Shown here: piece by piece, positions 29,170-39,749 of the stretch
Numbering within the stretch: position 1 is the first letter of the stretch
Layout of the letters: the number at the start of each line of letters is the position of its first letter
Assembly: GCF_000426625.1 (NCBI RefSeq)
Contig: NZ_KE384547.1
Location: 1,477,159 to 1,541,158, forward strand
From: Psychrilyobacter atlanticus DSM 19335
GTDB lineage: Bacteria > Fusobacteriota > Fusobacteriia > Fusobacteriales > Fusobacteriaceae
Reading direction: 5' to 3'
DNA length: 64,000 nt
The notes under the pieces: generated by a model
Database searches by the model: none
What the model saw: the letters and a program-made list of their open reading frames with translations, nothing else
What the model was told of the DNA's origin: nothing
Made by a program: the position numbers and the translations under genes

Positions 29170-30617
29170 TACTTACCACCTCCAAATAGTTTCTTTAAGT
29201 ATTCTGTGTCATACTCTAGAGCTGATTCTATCTTTTCTGCTACTCCTACCGGTGTCATATATCTTTTAAAATTGTACTTTCCATCCATTAGTTTAGTAGT
29301 GGGGTTATCTTGTTTGTTAAATTCAATTCTTCCACCTAGAATAGCTCCTGTAGTTACTAATCCATTGTAGTAGTCGTTATAGCTATCTACTATCTTATCC
29401 ATTAGCTTATTGTTGGCCGGTTTATCTACATCTAACCAATAAGTTAGTGTAAAGTTGTTGTTATCCCAGATAAACATCCTCTTACAAGAAATAGTATTAT
29501 CTTTAATATCACTATTAGCCGGATAACATCCAGTTCTATTTCCCCATAATCTCCAACCGTTATTAAAGTTAATAGAAGTTGCTACTCCATTATCATTTAG
29601 ATAATCAGCCTGGGTTAATAGAAGATCTACTTCCGTTTTATTCTTCAGACAGATTCCTGTAATGTTTAGAGGCTTATTGGAAGGTGATTCATAAGGAATA
29701 TCTCCATTTTTAGTATCTACTGCATACATAGAGGCAGCTACCAAAGTAGAAATATGATAAAGAGTTTTATCGATTAAAGCCATTGGCCAAAAGTTATACA
29801 AGTTTTCATGGATATAACTATTGTCGTTTTTCCATGCAGGAACTTTATTGTATTTATCAATAGTAGTTGCATCTATATCAGCTAATGCTATACCGGTAAA
29901 GACCTCATTAATACTTTTCATACCTGATACAAGAGATGTCATTACTTTACTCTTATCGGTCCATCCAGGGGCCAATCCAATATTAGGGACTTTATTGTAT
30001 TTAGGGAATATCTGATTTATTAAAGAAATTCCTTTAGTTTCAAGGGTAGTTGTATCAATCCCTCCAATAATATCTGTTTCATTCACTAAAATAGGTTTTA
30101 ATTTATCAAAACTAACTTTTCCTGCGTTAAGTGTCCCTGCTAAGGCTGTATCTGTAATTATGATACTTACAGAACCATCCTCATTAAATACTGCTGTATA
30201 TTTATCTTTAGGAACTACAGTATCATCAGATTGTTTTAGGGATAAACTAGGTAATAGGATCCCTTTATCTGTGATGGTTCCTTTTTTCTTAGTAAATGTA
30301 ATAGCTGTATCTGCCACTGCTTCCTTGTGAGTAGCAGGGTCTAAGACATTTATAAATACTACTGGTCCTACTTTGAATAGCCTGAAGAACACATCTATAG
30401 CTTCACAAAGAGTATAGCTTGCCCAATCGTCTGAATACCCAAATGCTTCTATTGCTTCTTTTTCTGAATAGCAGAGAACCGGGGTATTTATCTTAGGTGA
30501 CTTTGCTAAGTTTACTGGTGCAGTTCCTATAATTACTGCACAATTACCACTTTCTATTACACTAGCCATAGAGGTAGAAGTTTCACTTGTTTTTACTCCA
30601 TGATTTATAGTTCCCAT
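29169..30617 (-). CDS. Contractile tail sheath protein
   Basis: 482 aa. Position upstream of tube, chaperone and tape measure. Beta-rich C-terminal region typical of sheath proteins. Confidence 0.7.
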   Translation of the reverse strand: MGTINHGVKTSETSTSMASVIESGNCAVIIGTAPVNLAKSPKINTPVLCYSEKEAIEAFGYSDDWASYTLCEAIDVFFRLFKVGPVVFINVLDPATHKEAVADTAITFTKKKGTITDKGILLPSLSLKQSDDTVVPKDKYTAVFNEDGSVSIIITDTALAGTLNAGKVSFDKLKPILVNETDIIGGIDTTTLETKGISLINQIFPKYNKVPNIGLAPGWTDKSKVMTSLVSGMKSINEVFTGIALADIDATTIDKYNKVPAWKNDNSYIHENLYNFWPMALIDKTLYHISTLVAASMYAVDTKNGDIPYESPSNKPLNITGICLKNKTEVDLLLTQADYLNDNGVATSINFNNGWRLWGNRTGCYPANSDIKDNTISCKRMFIWDNNNFTLTYWLDVDKPANNKLMDKIVDSYNDYYNGLVTTGAILGGRIEFNKQDNPTTKLMDGKYNFKRYMTPVGVAEKIESALEYDTEYLKKLFGGGK

Positions 30618-30913
30618 TAGTTCATTACCTCCTCTACTGCCTTATTAAAAAGTATATTTATTACAGTTCCTGGTTGATTTATTTCGTTGAAAGCTGTTAC
30701 ATATTCATCTTCTGAGACAAACAATGGAACTATGGATGGATATGTCTTTTTTAGTTCCTCTACTTCTTTAGGAAGATTTCCTATGAATACAGTCCCTTTA
30801 TCTAAAATCCCCCTTTGTACTCCAGGTCCTATGTAAAATATGCTCTCTTTTTTCTTTTCTTCTTTTGGTTCTTCTTTTTTTTTCTTTTTGGTTACTTTTT
30901 TTACTGCCATCAT
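30617..30913 (-). CDS. Hypothetical phage protein (Lys-rich N-terminus)
   Basis: 98-aa ORF. Overlapping ATGA junction with the sheath gene. Confidence 0.3.
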   Translation of the reverse strand: MMAVKKVTKKKKKEEPKEEKKKESIFYIGPGVQRGILDKGTVFIGNLPKEVEELKKTYPSIVPLFVSEDEYVTAFNEINQPGTVINILFNKAVEEVMN

Positions 30914-30919
30914 TCCTCC

Positions 30920-31399
30920 CTACAAATAGTCATCTTGTGGCTGCGTTACTGCTATTTCAAATGAACATTTAGTTTCACCAAGGTAATATGGTGTTTTTAC
31001 CGCACCAAATACTTCATGTTTCATAGATCTCTTAAGGATCCCAAACTGGAAGTTTGTATCTTTAAAGAAATCTTCTCTGATTTTATCTATTACCGAAAGA
31101 GTATCCCAGTGTCCCGTTGATAGAGCTTCTCTTTTAGTCTCCGGATCATTTCTCCCTTCTCTACTGGCTCCAATAGTTGCATAGAGAATACTAATATCAA
31201 CATTACCGTTCATCTCTTCATCTTGGATATTAGTTGTTTGAATTAATATATATGGTTTACCTCTTACTGTATCCATTGGCAATACACCGGTAACAACTAA
31301 AGGAATCACTTCGTTCCCTTCATCATCTATTAACTGAATACCTTTTATTGCATTTTCAAGTCTGTTTTTAATTTCTTGCTCTAAATTTCTTATAGACAT
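30920..31399 (-). CDS. Hypothetical tail-completion/neck protein
   Basis: 159 aa. Position between the head and tail modules. Confidence 0.3.
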   Translation of the reverse strand: MSIRNLEQEIKNRLENAIKGIQLIDDEGNEVIPLVVTGVLPMDTVRGKPYILIQTTNIQDEEMNGNVDISILYATIGASREGRNDPETKREALSTGHWDTLSVIDKIREDFFKDTNFQFGILKRSMKHEVFGAVKTPYYLGETKCSFEIAVTQPQDDYL

Positions 31400-31553
31400 A
31401 AACTACTCCTTTTTACTAATATCTTTTGGCGAGAACTCTTTAACTACATTCGAAACATCTTTAATAACATTTGAAATTTCTGCCATTTTAGATGGAGGAT
31501 TTTTTCTGTTTAAGTTTGTTTTTTCTATATTTTTAACTGTCATAAATACCTCC

Positions 31554-32447
31554 TTAGTCCCTAATATCTATTAGTGGACTTCCTCCAGAAGTTACTTTAG
31601 GCAGCTGACCATCCCATCTTAAGGTTTGTTCATATTTAATTAATTCACTAGATAAAGATTTTTTCTTAAGATCGTTAGCTTTAGCCTGGGCTTTAGCTAC
31701 AGTTAATATTTTTTCTGCTTCAGCTGTTGCTTGAATTAATTTAACCTTAGCTTTTCCCTCTTCCTGGATAGCATTTCTTTCAGCTTCAATTTGAGCTTTT
31801 TGTTTTTCTATCTTTTGTCTCTCTAATTCTTGTTGAGTATTCACCCTTTGTTGTATAACTGTTGCTGTAGCAGGATCTAATCCTATTCTTGAGAAATTTA
31901 CAGATTCAATGATTATTCCATCTTTAGCAAACTTATCTTTAATATGTTGATAAGTCTCTAAATTTAATTCCGCCCGTTTAGATCCATAAATATCAAGAAC
32001 ACTAAATTTAGAAGTTACTTCAGATACATATGCTTTTATCTTTACCCTGGTATATGTATTTTGAATAATATCTCCGCTTTTACCTTTAAACCTTGTAAAT
32101 ATCTTAGCTACCTTATTTTCATCATATCTATATGAATATTCTAAATCTACATTAACCATCTTCCCATCTGATGTAGGAACCATAAATGAATCATTATCTT
32201 CAGATCCTTCCCTTTCATCTGCAGATAGATACGCTTGTTCTGTTCCTATGGTATACTCAGTTACATTTTTAAATGGATTGATAAAGTTGTATCCTTGAGT
32301 TAATACTTTTTCCTGAACTCCTCCATTAGGGCTATAAACAACACCTACATATCCTGCAGATATTTTGTGACACGATTTAAACATCATTAATATGACCATA
32401 ATTACTACCACGACTACTGCGCTAAACTTTTTTCCATTAACTATCAT
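31554..32447 (-). CDS. SPFH/band-7 (prohibitin/HflC-like) domain membrane protein encoded within the virion morphogenesis operon
   Basis: N-terminal TM helix. SPFH core (GYVGVVYSP...VDLEYSYRY...) followed by a long Ala/Glu/Lys-rich coiled coil (EAERNAIQEEGKAKVKLIQATAEAEKILTVAKAQAKAN). Confidence 0.6.
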   Translation of the reverse strand: MIVNGKKFSAVVVVVIMVILMMFKSCHKISAGYVGVVYSPNGGVQEKVLTQGYNFINPFKNVTEYTIGTEQAYLSADEREGSEDNDSFMVPTSDGKMVNVDLEYSYRYDENKVAKIFTRFKGKSGDIIQNTYTRVKIKAYVSEVTSKFSVLDIYGSKRAELNLETYQHIKDKFAKDGIIIESVNFSRIGLDPATATVIQQRVNTQQELERQKIEKQKAQIEAERNAIQEEGKAKVKLIQATAEAEKILTVAKAQAKANDLKKKSLSSELIKYEQTLRWDGQLPKVTSGGSPLIDIRD

Positions 32448-32465
32448 TTTTGTCCTCCTAATTTT

Positions 32466-33029
32466 TTATTCTTCAAAGAAATCATTTAATTTGATTTCAA
32501 ATTCATTCTCTAAGTCTTCATTGATAAATTTTTCTATGAGTTCTGGATTATTTTCTATCATTCCGCCAACACTATATCCATACTGCCTTTCAATAGCTTT
32601 TCTAAATTTAGATTCTGCAAATAAACGCCTGAACACCATTATGTTTCCTGGTTGATTTCTAGGAGACTGAAGAAAGGCTCTTTTTAAATCTATCAGCCCT
32701 CCGCTCCTTCTTAATCCAATTTTAATCGGTCCATCATCTGGAACATCTACCCTAAAGTTTTGTAATCCATAATAATCTTTCTTTCTATTGTTTGCTAACT
32801 CAGCTGTTGTATTCTGCAGAGTGGCTTTCTTCATAGAGATCCCTGGATTAACTTTATCTTTATTGATATAGAAATCTTCTATAATTTGATCTACTATGTA
32901 CCTTTTAGCTCTTTTAGCAGTTTGATTCGAAGCTTTGGAAACAACTTCTTCAACACCATCTGTGATACCTTCTAATTCTTCTCTAATTTTATCTAGTGCT
33001 TCACTATCAAATTCAATCATAGGTTTCAC
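32466..33029 (-). CDS. Putative virion morphogenesis/tail-completion protein
   Basis: 187 aa. Position after the head genes. Confidence 0.3.
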   Translation of the reverse strand: MKPMIEFDSEALDKIREELEGITDGVEEVVSKASNQTAKRAKRYIVDQIIEDFYINKDKVNPGISMKKATLQNTTAELANNRKKDYYGLQNFRVDVPDDGPIKIGLRRSGGLIDLKRAFLQSPRNQPGNIMVFRRLFAESKFRKAIERQYGYSVGGMIENNPELIEKFINEDLENEFEIKLNDFFEE

Positions 33030-33058
33030 CTCTTATATTTCGTAACTCTCGAAATTGG

Positions 33059-33373
33059 TTATTTGTAATTAGAAATAAGAGATAGTCTAATGGTATTTCC
33101 TTTATCTTCAATATCTATAACTTCATATGATTCATCGTTAAGATTTACAGTGCTGTTTATATAGACATCCCCTGGAAAAACTTCCTTTTTCATTGATAAA
33201 GTAATTCCACCATGATAGATACCTGCTTCACTGTATCTATCATTATTTTTTCCTTCATACTTTTTATTAAATTCTTCAGATGATTTTATTGCTATAATTT
33301 CTTTTCCTTCAAAGGTAACCTTCTCTCCTATTTCATCCGGGTCAAAAAGTAGATCTAGGTCCTCATCCATCAT
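33059..33373 (-). CDS. Hypothetical head-tail connector protein
   Basis: 104 aa. Position only. Confidence 0.3.
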   Translation of the reverse strand: MMDEDLDLLFDPDEIGEKVTFEGKEIIAIKSSEEFNKKYEGKNNDRYSEAGIYHGGITLSMKKEVFPGDVYINSTVNLNDESYEVIDIEDKGNTIRLSLISNYK

Positions 33374-33377
33374 GTCT

Positions 33378-33689
33378 TTAAAGTTTATCTTCAGCTTCCA
33401 TAATTGCTTTTATTATGTCGGCTTTCTTAGTCACTTCAAGTTGAAGTTCCATGTCTGCTGCCATCTCTTTCAATTCCGGAATAGTATGCTCATCTAATTC
33501 TTTTATTCTTTCTTCCTGGGCTAGTTCTCCAGGAGTTTTCTTTTCTAAAGAAAGAGATTTTATCTCTCTTACAAAATCAGATTTAATAAGATCTGATGCA
33601 TCTTTATCTTCTAATTCTATGATCGCGCCTGGCTTATAGATTTTCTCTTTATATTCAATAGCCGTTATTTTAACTTTACATTTTTTCAT
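33378..33689 (-). CDS. Hypothetical head protein with a C-terminal Rho_N/HeH-like motif
   Basis: 103 aa. The TIPELKEMAADMELQLEVTKKADIIKAIM motif resembles a SAP/HeH helix-extended-helix. Confidence 0.3.
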   Translation of the reverse strand: MKKCKVKITAIEYKEKIYKPGAIIELEDKDASDLIKSDFVREIKSLSLEKKTPGELAQEERIKELDEHTIPELKEMAADMELQLEVTKKADIIKAIMEAEDKL

Positions 33690-33698
33690 TGTTACCCC

Positions 33699-34727
33699 CT
33701 ATATTACTTTAGCTGCAATCCAGCCTTGAGCATCTTCTGGTATGATTAATGGTGAAGATCTAATTTCTAATAGATCTGTATTACCTTCATCTGAAGGAAT
33801 AGTTTTTACTGCCTCTTTTCCAACAAATATTTTAGATTTATCTGTTAGCTTTTCTCTGAATGGAAAACTTCCGTAATTTACTCTAAAACTCTTAGCTTTA
33901 AAGTATAAAAGTGTTCCATCTGGAAGGATAGGTTCCTCAGTAGGTTTACCGTATTCTTTTACCCAATCCATGTATGAATAGATTTTGGTGTCTATTTCTG
34001 GAATATATCCGATGTATGAAACTCCTGGTTCTTTTTCCTTTGGTTTAAGATTGATAAGAGTATCATTAAGGATTCTTATCTTTTCCATCAAACTTTTGTT
34101 GTTGATAATAGATCTCGCTACATCTGGGGTAACTATTACTGTATCAACTACATTTCCTGTGTTCTTTTGGACCTCAAGTTTTTGATTACTTAACCATCCA
34201 ATGATATCTGAACCTTCCGCATCAAACTTATCTGATCCAGTTAATACCTTTAAAGTAAAGTCTCCATATCTAATCCCTTCCTTCCCATTTCCCATAGGAA
34301 AAACACCACTCATTACCAATTGAGATAATGCCCAAATTTTAGTCCTATGAGCTATTGTTTTTAATGTTTTTAAATCCTCTGCTACCTGTTTTTTCAAGAT
34401 CTTATTCAGATCTTTTTTACCAGTAACATAGATACCTTCACCAAATTGCTGTTGATATGCTGATTCAGCAGTCGCAGGGATCTTCAATGAAATAAATGGA
34501 GGCTTATATCTTGCAACCTCGAATCCTTCTCTTTCGATAAGTATCCCATTAGACATAGGACCTACAAATGCTGCTCTTACTCTTCCATTATCCTTAGAGT
34601 GGATCTCTATCTCTTGTACTACTTCCTCTATTTCTTTACCAATCATAATATTCCATAAGAAATTTACTGGTCTTTTTATTCTTTTTATTGCATCCGTTAT
34701 CTTTCTTGCCTCATATGTTTTTGGCAT
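33699..34727 (-). CDS. Major capsid protein (lambda gpE-like by size and order)
   Basis: 342 aa. Follows the decoration-protein-like gene and the protease. Lambda order W-B-C-D-E. Confidence 0.55.
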   Translation of the reverse strand: MPKTYEARKITDAIKRIKRPVNFLWNIMIGKEIEEVVQEIEIHSKDNGRVRAAFVGPMSNGILIEREGFEVARYKPPFISLKIPATAESAYQQQFGEGIYVTGKKDLNKILKKQVAEDLKTLKTIAHRTKIWALSQLVMSGVFPMGNGKEGIRYGDFTLKVLTGSDKFDAEGSDIIGWLSNQKLEVQKNTGNVVDTVIVTPDVARSIINNKSLMEKIRILNDTLINLKPKEKEPGVSYIGYIPEIDTKIYSYMDWVKEYGKPTEEPILPDGTLLYFKAKSFRVNYGSFPFREKLTDKSKIFVGKEAVKTIPSDEGNTDLLEIRSSPLIIPEDAQGWIAAKVI

Positions 34728-34757
34728 TATTAACCACTCCTTTTGTTATTTAAATTT

Positions 34758-35081
34758 TTATCTCATATAGATATTTTTAGGAATACCATTTATTCTTATT
34801 TTTTCTATATCTGTAGCATCTTCTTTGATTACTCCATTTTTATAGAACATTCCACTAACGTAAACCATTGCTGTTTCGGTTGTTTTAACTACTGCATCCT
34901 CACTTAAAATTCCAAAGAATTTAGTTTCATCTGTACACTTAGATAATTTTAAAGTAGTGGGATCTAATTCTAAGAGCATCCCCCTAGTATAAGTTCCAGC
35001 GACAAATCCCATAGGTTCTACTAGGTAGGGAACTACTCCTCCAGCTTTTAGATTTTCAGGCATTCTTTTTTCTTTTTCCAT
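34758..35081 (-). CDS. Head decoration protein (gpD-like)
   Basis: 107 aa, between the protease/scaffold gene and the major capsid gene. Confidence 0.4.
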   Translation of the reverse strand: MEKEKRMPENLKAGGVVPYLVEPMGFVAGTYTRGMLLELDPTTLKLSKCTDETKFFGILSEDAVVKTTETAMVYVSGMFYKNGVIKEDATDIEKIRINGIPKNIYMR

Positions 35082-35096
35082 TTAAAGTCACTCTCC

Positions 35097-36260
35097 TTAT
35101 TCTTCTCCATTTGCTAACGCTACTATGTCATCTATCTCATCCTTTTCCTGTTTTTCTTTAATTTCTTCCTGAGTCATTCCATCTAATACTTGGTCCTGGA
35201 CTCCTCCAGCTTTTGCATCATCGATTTTATTTAGTAAAATTTCCATTTTATTTTGAGCGTTAGGTTGTTTTTCAGTATTTTTAGGCTGAGTTGCCATCTC
35301 CTGAAGAACATCAGTCATTAATTCCTGATTAGTAGCTTCTAAAGGAGTTTCAAACTTTGCTTTTTGAACACATTCTAATGATCTTCCTGCTCTTTGTTCT
35401 ATTGTTTCTAGATTTTGAATTCTTTCTCTTTCCTGGTTAACTCCTACTTGAACTATTTGTTTGTATAGATCTGGATGTTCTTGCATTAATTGATTTAAAT
35501 CCATCTTTTCAACTCCTTGTGTATTTTTTAAATTCTTATTTTTTGGTTCTAATTTTTTCTTCATACTATTTTTAAGATTTTCTCTATTTAGAAAACTATC
35601 TAAATTTTTAAAGTCAGAGACATTTATCTCTTCATCTCCACACATAAGCATATTATTCTGAAAACTCATTTGAGCTTTACTATCGTTTTCTATATCAGTG
35701 ATAAACCCATCTTTTAAAGCTTCTTTAGCAGTCATCCAAGTAGTCTCATCCATCTTTTCAATTAAGGTTTCACGAGGGATATTGACTTTAGTTAGGTATG
35801 CTTCTATAGAAGTTTCCCTAAACTGATCTAGTTCATCAGCTTGTTTTCGAAGCTCACGAGCTTCTCCACTTGTCCAACCATAATATGGGTTATGGATCAT
35901 CATCATAGAAACTTTACTCATATGTATCGTATCTCCTGCCATGACTACTACAGTGGCAATTGAAGCACAGATACCATCGATAAACATGTTTACTTTAGCT
36001 TTACTTCTTTTTAAACTGTTGTATATGGCACATCCTGCAAATACTCCTCCACCTCTAGAATTAATTCTGACATCAATCTCCGTTATATCTCCTAATGCAT
36101 CTAATTCTCTGTTTATGTCTTCAGGAGTAACATCTGCCATCCAACCTTCACCAATAACACCATACATTCGTATCTCAGCTTTAGTTTTACTCATCATTAC
36201 CGCATTAAGTAAGCTCATTTTTTTCACCTTCTTTAGTTTTTTCTTTTTTAGATTTTCCAT
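35097..36260 (-). CDS. Head maturation protease (ClpP/S14-like) with a C-terminal scaffold-like region
   Basis: ClpP-fold motifs (GxCASIATVV...MIHNP). Acidic coiled-coil C-terminus. Overlaps the portal gene. Confidence 0.65.
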   Translation of the reverse strand: MENLKKKKLKKVKKMSLLNAVMMSKTKAEIRMYGVIGEGWMADVTPEDINRELDALGDITEIDVRINSRGGGVFAGCAIYNSLKRSKAKVNMFIDGICASIATVVVMAGDTIHMSKVSMMMIHNPYYGWTSGEARELRKQADELDQFRETSIEAYLTKVNIPRETLIEKMDETTWMTAKEALKDGFITDIENDSKAQMSFQNNMLMCGDEEINVSDFKNLDSFLNRENLKNSMKKKLEPKNKNLKNTQGVEKMDLNQLMQEHPDLYKQIVQVGVNQERERIQNLETIEQRAGRSLECVQKAKFETPLEATNQELMTDVLQEMATQPKNTEKQPNAQNKMEILLNKIDDAKAGGVQDQVLDGMTQEEIKEKQEKDEIDDIVALANGEE

Positions 36261-37716
36261 TATTTATTAATCCATATTTTTTCATCTTCTTTACCTCTCG
36301 ACCTCTCTGCTCGATGTTATCATCAATATCACTGCCGTTAATCTCCATACTTTCTCGTCCGCTTGTACTTAGATTGTTTTTAATTCTAAGTTCTGCAGCT
36401 TTAGCTTCTTTTAAAGGATCTAATGACCCCTGAGCCTGTCCAAACCATTGGGTTTTCTGATATGCCTTTCTTTTAAAGGGATCTTCATATCCAGGAAGAT
36501 CTATATAGTCCATGGCTACACAATAATCTAAAAACTCCTCATAGATAGGCTGCATAAAATCATCTGTAAACCATTGTCTTTTAGCTTTTAACATCTTCCA
36601 TGATTCTAATAGAGCTCCCTTTGAAGCTGAATAGTTGTTAGAAAACTTTAGTAATAGCTGCTCTGGTGCTAACTCTAAAGACGCGCCTATATGAGTACTC
36701 ATAGTTTCCATAAACTTGGTAAATCCTGAATTAGGCCTGTTAGAATCAGGAAATTTAATCTTTTGCCCGGGAGCCATTTGACTTATGATCCCGCTTTCTA
36801 AAGTTGCATGTTTACCATTTATGATTCTAAAAGGACTTTGCTGTTTGGTTTCTTCAGTTTCATTTTCTACAAAGGCTGCAAAATATGAATTTACTGTTGC
36901 TGCCATAAGTTCTGCATGGGTAAACTTTCTCATTTGATGGAGGATCTCAAGGACTGGTGATATTATTGGAACTCCTCTTCTCTGACCTATCCTCTCTTTT
37001 TCCATAAGGACCAATAAGTTCTTTCTACCAGTCTTATTTCCATGGACTTGAATCTTAGTAGTTTCAGAACCAGTTTTATTCTTTTTAAAGTGATAAGCTG
37101 TTATTATCCCGTTTTTATCCTTTTCTACACCGTTTTTTATGTCTTTATCTCCAACATCTGAAGGATTAATACAACTAGCCGGATCTAATAACCTTACTTT
37201 TAATCCAAATAGCTCTCCTGGATTAAGTTTAAATGATAAAGCTGCGAAACATTCACCATCTATTAATGCTGTTAAGATAGCTAATGATTGAATATGACTT
37301 AGTTTAGATTGCCTTCCCCAATCACATTCAGTTGATTCCGCCCACATTCTCCATAAATTCTCTATATTTTTTTCTATCTCTTCTTTTTTCTCTTGCTCTA
37401 GATTTAGGATGTTGTTGTCTATAGATGATTTTAGTTTTATCCCTACACCTACAACATTAGATTTGATTCTTTTAATAGCTCCATTTGCTATGGCATTTCC
37501 CATATATTCATCTCTAGATCTAGCCATAAGAGTTTCTTTTGATTCTCCTATATCAACATCAGCACTATTTATTTCATCGTCATAATCCATAGCATTTTGA
37601 GTTCCTGCCCCATGGTTATGATACTGAAGAACTTCTTTACTCTTATGTAAAAATGTCTCTGCTCTTATTTTCATAGCTCCTAACCCAGAAACCATTTTAT
37701 TAAATGATATTTCCAT
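36205..37716 (-). CDS. Portal protein (lambda gpB-like)
   Basis: 503 aa. Sits between the gpW-like gene and the protease. Confidence 0.65.
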   Translation of the reverse strand: MEISFNKMVSGLGAMKIRAETFLHKSKEVLQYHNHGAGTQNAMDYDDEINSADVDIGESKETLMARSRDEYMGNAIANGAIKRIKSNVVGVGIKLKSSIDNNILNLEQEKKEEIEKNIENLWRMWAESTECDWGRQSKLSHIQSLAILTALIDGECFAALSFKLNPGELFGLKVRLLDPASCINPSDVGDKDIKNGVEKDKNGIITAYHFKKNKTGSETTKIQVHGNKTGRKNLLVLMEKERIGQRRGVPIISPVLEILHQMRKFTHAELMAATVNSYFAAFVENETEETKQQSPFRIINGKHATLESGIISQMAPGQKIKFPDSNRPNSGFTKFMETMSTHIGASLELAPEQLLLKFSNNYSASKGALLESWKMLKAKRQWFTDDFMQPIYEEFLDYCVAMDYIDLPGYEDPFKRKAYQKTQWFGQAQGSLDPLKEAKAAELRIKNNLSTSGRESMEINGSDIDDNIEQRGREVKKMKKYGLINNGKSKKEKTKEGEKNELT

Positions 37717-37725
37717 CTGTCCCTC

Positions 37726-37962
37726 CTAATGTCTTCCTGGGATTACATTCTCAATTGTCATTCCTGTGTTACCAGAATTACCATATTTTCTACACCTTTC
37801 TTCCCAGAGTTTAATTCCTGATTGTATTCTCCCTAAATCTGCTCTTGTAACTTCTTTTCCATCTATGTTATATGCCTGACCTAACAAAACTTTTTCTTCA
37901 GCTTTTAAATACATTTTTAGTTTCTCTTGGCACATTTCCAAGGTTATTCCTGTGATACTCAT
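37726..37962 (-). CDS. Head-tail joining protein gpW-like
   Basis: 78 aa, between the large terminase and the portal, exactly as lambda W. Confidence 0.4.
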   Translation of the reverse strand: MSITGITLEMCQEKLKMYLKAEEKVLLGQAYNIDGKEVTRADLGRIQSGIKLWEERCRKYGNSGNTGMTIENVIPGRH

Positions 37963-39749
37963 TCTGCCTCCCTTTCTAGATATCCAAGTTTAGATAATAA
38001 ACTTAAATCTTCTTTGGATAATTTTGCTAAAGTTTTCATGTCGTAATTATATATTTCTAATGCTGCTTCATTGTAGTTATGTAGATCTAATGCTTCATTT
38101 CTATCTCTTATTTTTATCCATTTGTTACTGCTAGGATCTCGCACTTCGGCAGTTAAACTCATAAAGTATTCCTCGGTGTAGTTCCTAGTTGGATTTTTAG
38201 GATAATGACAATATCCTTTTCCTTTTTTCTTGATCCTTAATTTACTCATAGTTGAATCTTTTAATGCATTAACCCCTATTGAATAAAGATTTATTTCATT
38301 GTTTTTAGTTTTTCTAAATCCGTTATTTATTGGAACTATTCCACCTTGTCCCTTAATACCATAGATTCTTTCATGCTCTTTATCAGAAACAAAATTATAT
38401 ACATTTTGTGTGTTATAACCAGTGTCTATACAAGTTGCAAAGATTTTTAATGGAGTTCCACATTCAAAATAGAAATCAGATTTTAAAAATTCATACAGTT
38501 CATTCCAAACTTCTTCTTTTGATGGGTTTCCATAAAATACTTGATATATGATTCCCCAATTTTCACGACCTAATCCCCAACCCTTGACCTCTACTTCAAT
38601 CCTGTTATGTTGAATATCTACTCCTGCAGTTAAAAGTAAAACACCTTCAGGAACTTCTGCTTCATATGTTTCTCTTCTTTTATATAGAGTCATATAGTCG
38701 ATAGTTTTAATATTTTGCTCTTCCCATGTTTCTGCTAAGACAGTATTTTTAAAGGTTTTTATTTTTTCCATATCTCCCTGGGACTCTATCCATTCTTCAA
38801 CTATTGATTCCCAAGTTCTCCATGGACTAGCTAATGCACTTAGGTGATAACTTAACTTCTTTTTCTTTTCAGGAAATTTATGCACCCATTTTCCTTTAGA
38901 TTGGTTTCCTTTTTTCCATTCTTTTTCATGGGATAAAGCTCCACATTCAGTACAAAGCATCTCTACAGTTTCATGATCATCATCAATCCATTTTAAGTTT
39001 TTAAAATCTAATACCTGGTATTCTCCACAATGGGGACAAGGAAGCTTCCATACTGCCTGTGACCCATTAGCAAACTCTTTTTCTATAGCACTCTTAGTTT
39101 TTACAGTTGGTGTTCCGGTGATAATACATTTACTCTCATCACCATAGGTAGTTAATCTTTTTCGCCCAAGAGATATTACATCTCCTTCCCTACCTGAAGA
39201 CTCCGGATACCTGTCTACCTCATCAAAGAAAATTATCTTGATTGGTCTAGCTGCTAATTTACTTGGTGAGTTAGATCCTATAAAAGCAAGGTATCCTCCT
39301 GGGAACATCTTGTGTGTAACCGTATTCCCTGAGTTCTTAGAATTGGCATCCTTGATTCTAGTTTTCAATACATAGGTATCTCTTATCATTGGAGCTATCC
39401 GCTCCTTTGAATAAGCTATTGCCATGGTATCTGTTGGTTGAACCAAGAGCATTGGACAGGGAGATAAGTGTGCATTTTTCCCAAAAATATTATTTATGAA
39501 TTCTGATTTGGCCAGTTGCGAAGCCATCATAAGAATTACTTCTCTGACGTCTCCAGATTCTAATCTTTCATAGATCTCTATCATGTATGGAGTTCTCTTT
39601 GTCTCCCAGGCTCCGATCTCTTTAGAGCCCTCTGAAGATAAGATCCTATTTGCATCTGCCCATTCACTTATACTTAAATTAAGTGGTGGTCTCAATAACT
39701 CAAGGCATTCCTTGAACAAGTTTCTTACTTTTTTTCTTTCATTCATCAT
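37959..39749 (-). CDS. Terminase large subunit (GpA family)
   Basis: 596 aa. ATPase Walker B-like IIFFDEVDRY. C-terminal nuclease region. Overlaps the small-subunit gene by 4 nt. Confidence 0.75.
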   Translation of the reverse strand: MMNERKKVRNLFKECLELLRPPLNLSISEWADANRILSSEGSKEIGAWETKRTPYMIEIYERLESGDVREVILMMASQLAKSEFINNIFGKNAHLSPCPMLLVQPTDTMAIAYSKERIAPMIRDTYVLKTRIKDANSKNSGNTVTHKMFPGGYLAFIGSNSPSKLAARPIKIIFFDEVDRYPESSGREGDVISLGRKRLTTYGDESKCIITGTPTVKTKSAIEKEFANGSQAVWKLPCPHCGEYQVLDFKNLKWIDDDHETVEMLCTECGALSHEKEWKKGNQSKGKWVHKFPEKKKKLSYHLSALASPWRTWESIVEEWIESQGDMEKIKTFKNTVLAETWEEQNIKTIDYMTLYKRRETYEAEVPEGVLLLTAGVDIQHNRIEVEVKGWGLGRENWGIIYQVFYGNPSKEEVWNELYEFLKSDFYFECGTPLKIFATCIDTGYNTQNVYNFVSDKEHERIYGIKGQGGIVPINNGFRKTKNNEINLYSIGVNALKDSTMSKLRIKKKGKGYCHYPKNPTRNYTEEYFMSLTAEVRDPSSNKWIKIRDRNEALDLHNYNEAALEIYNYDMKTLAKLSKEDLSLLSKLGYLEREAE

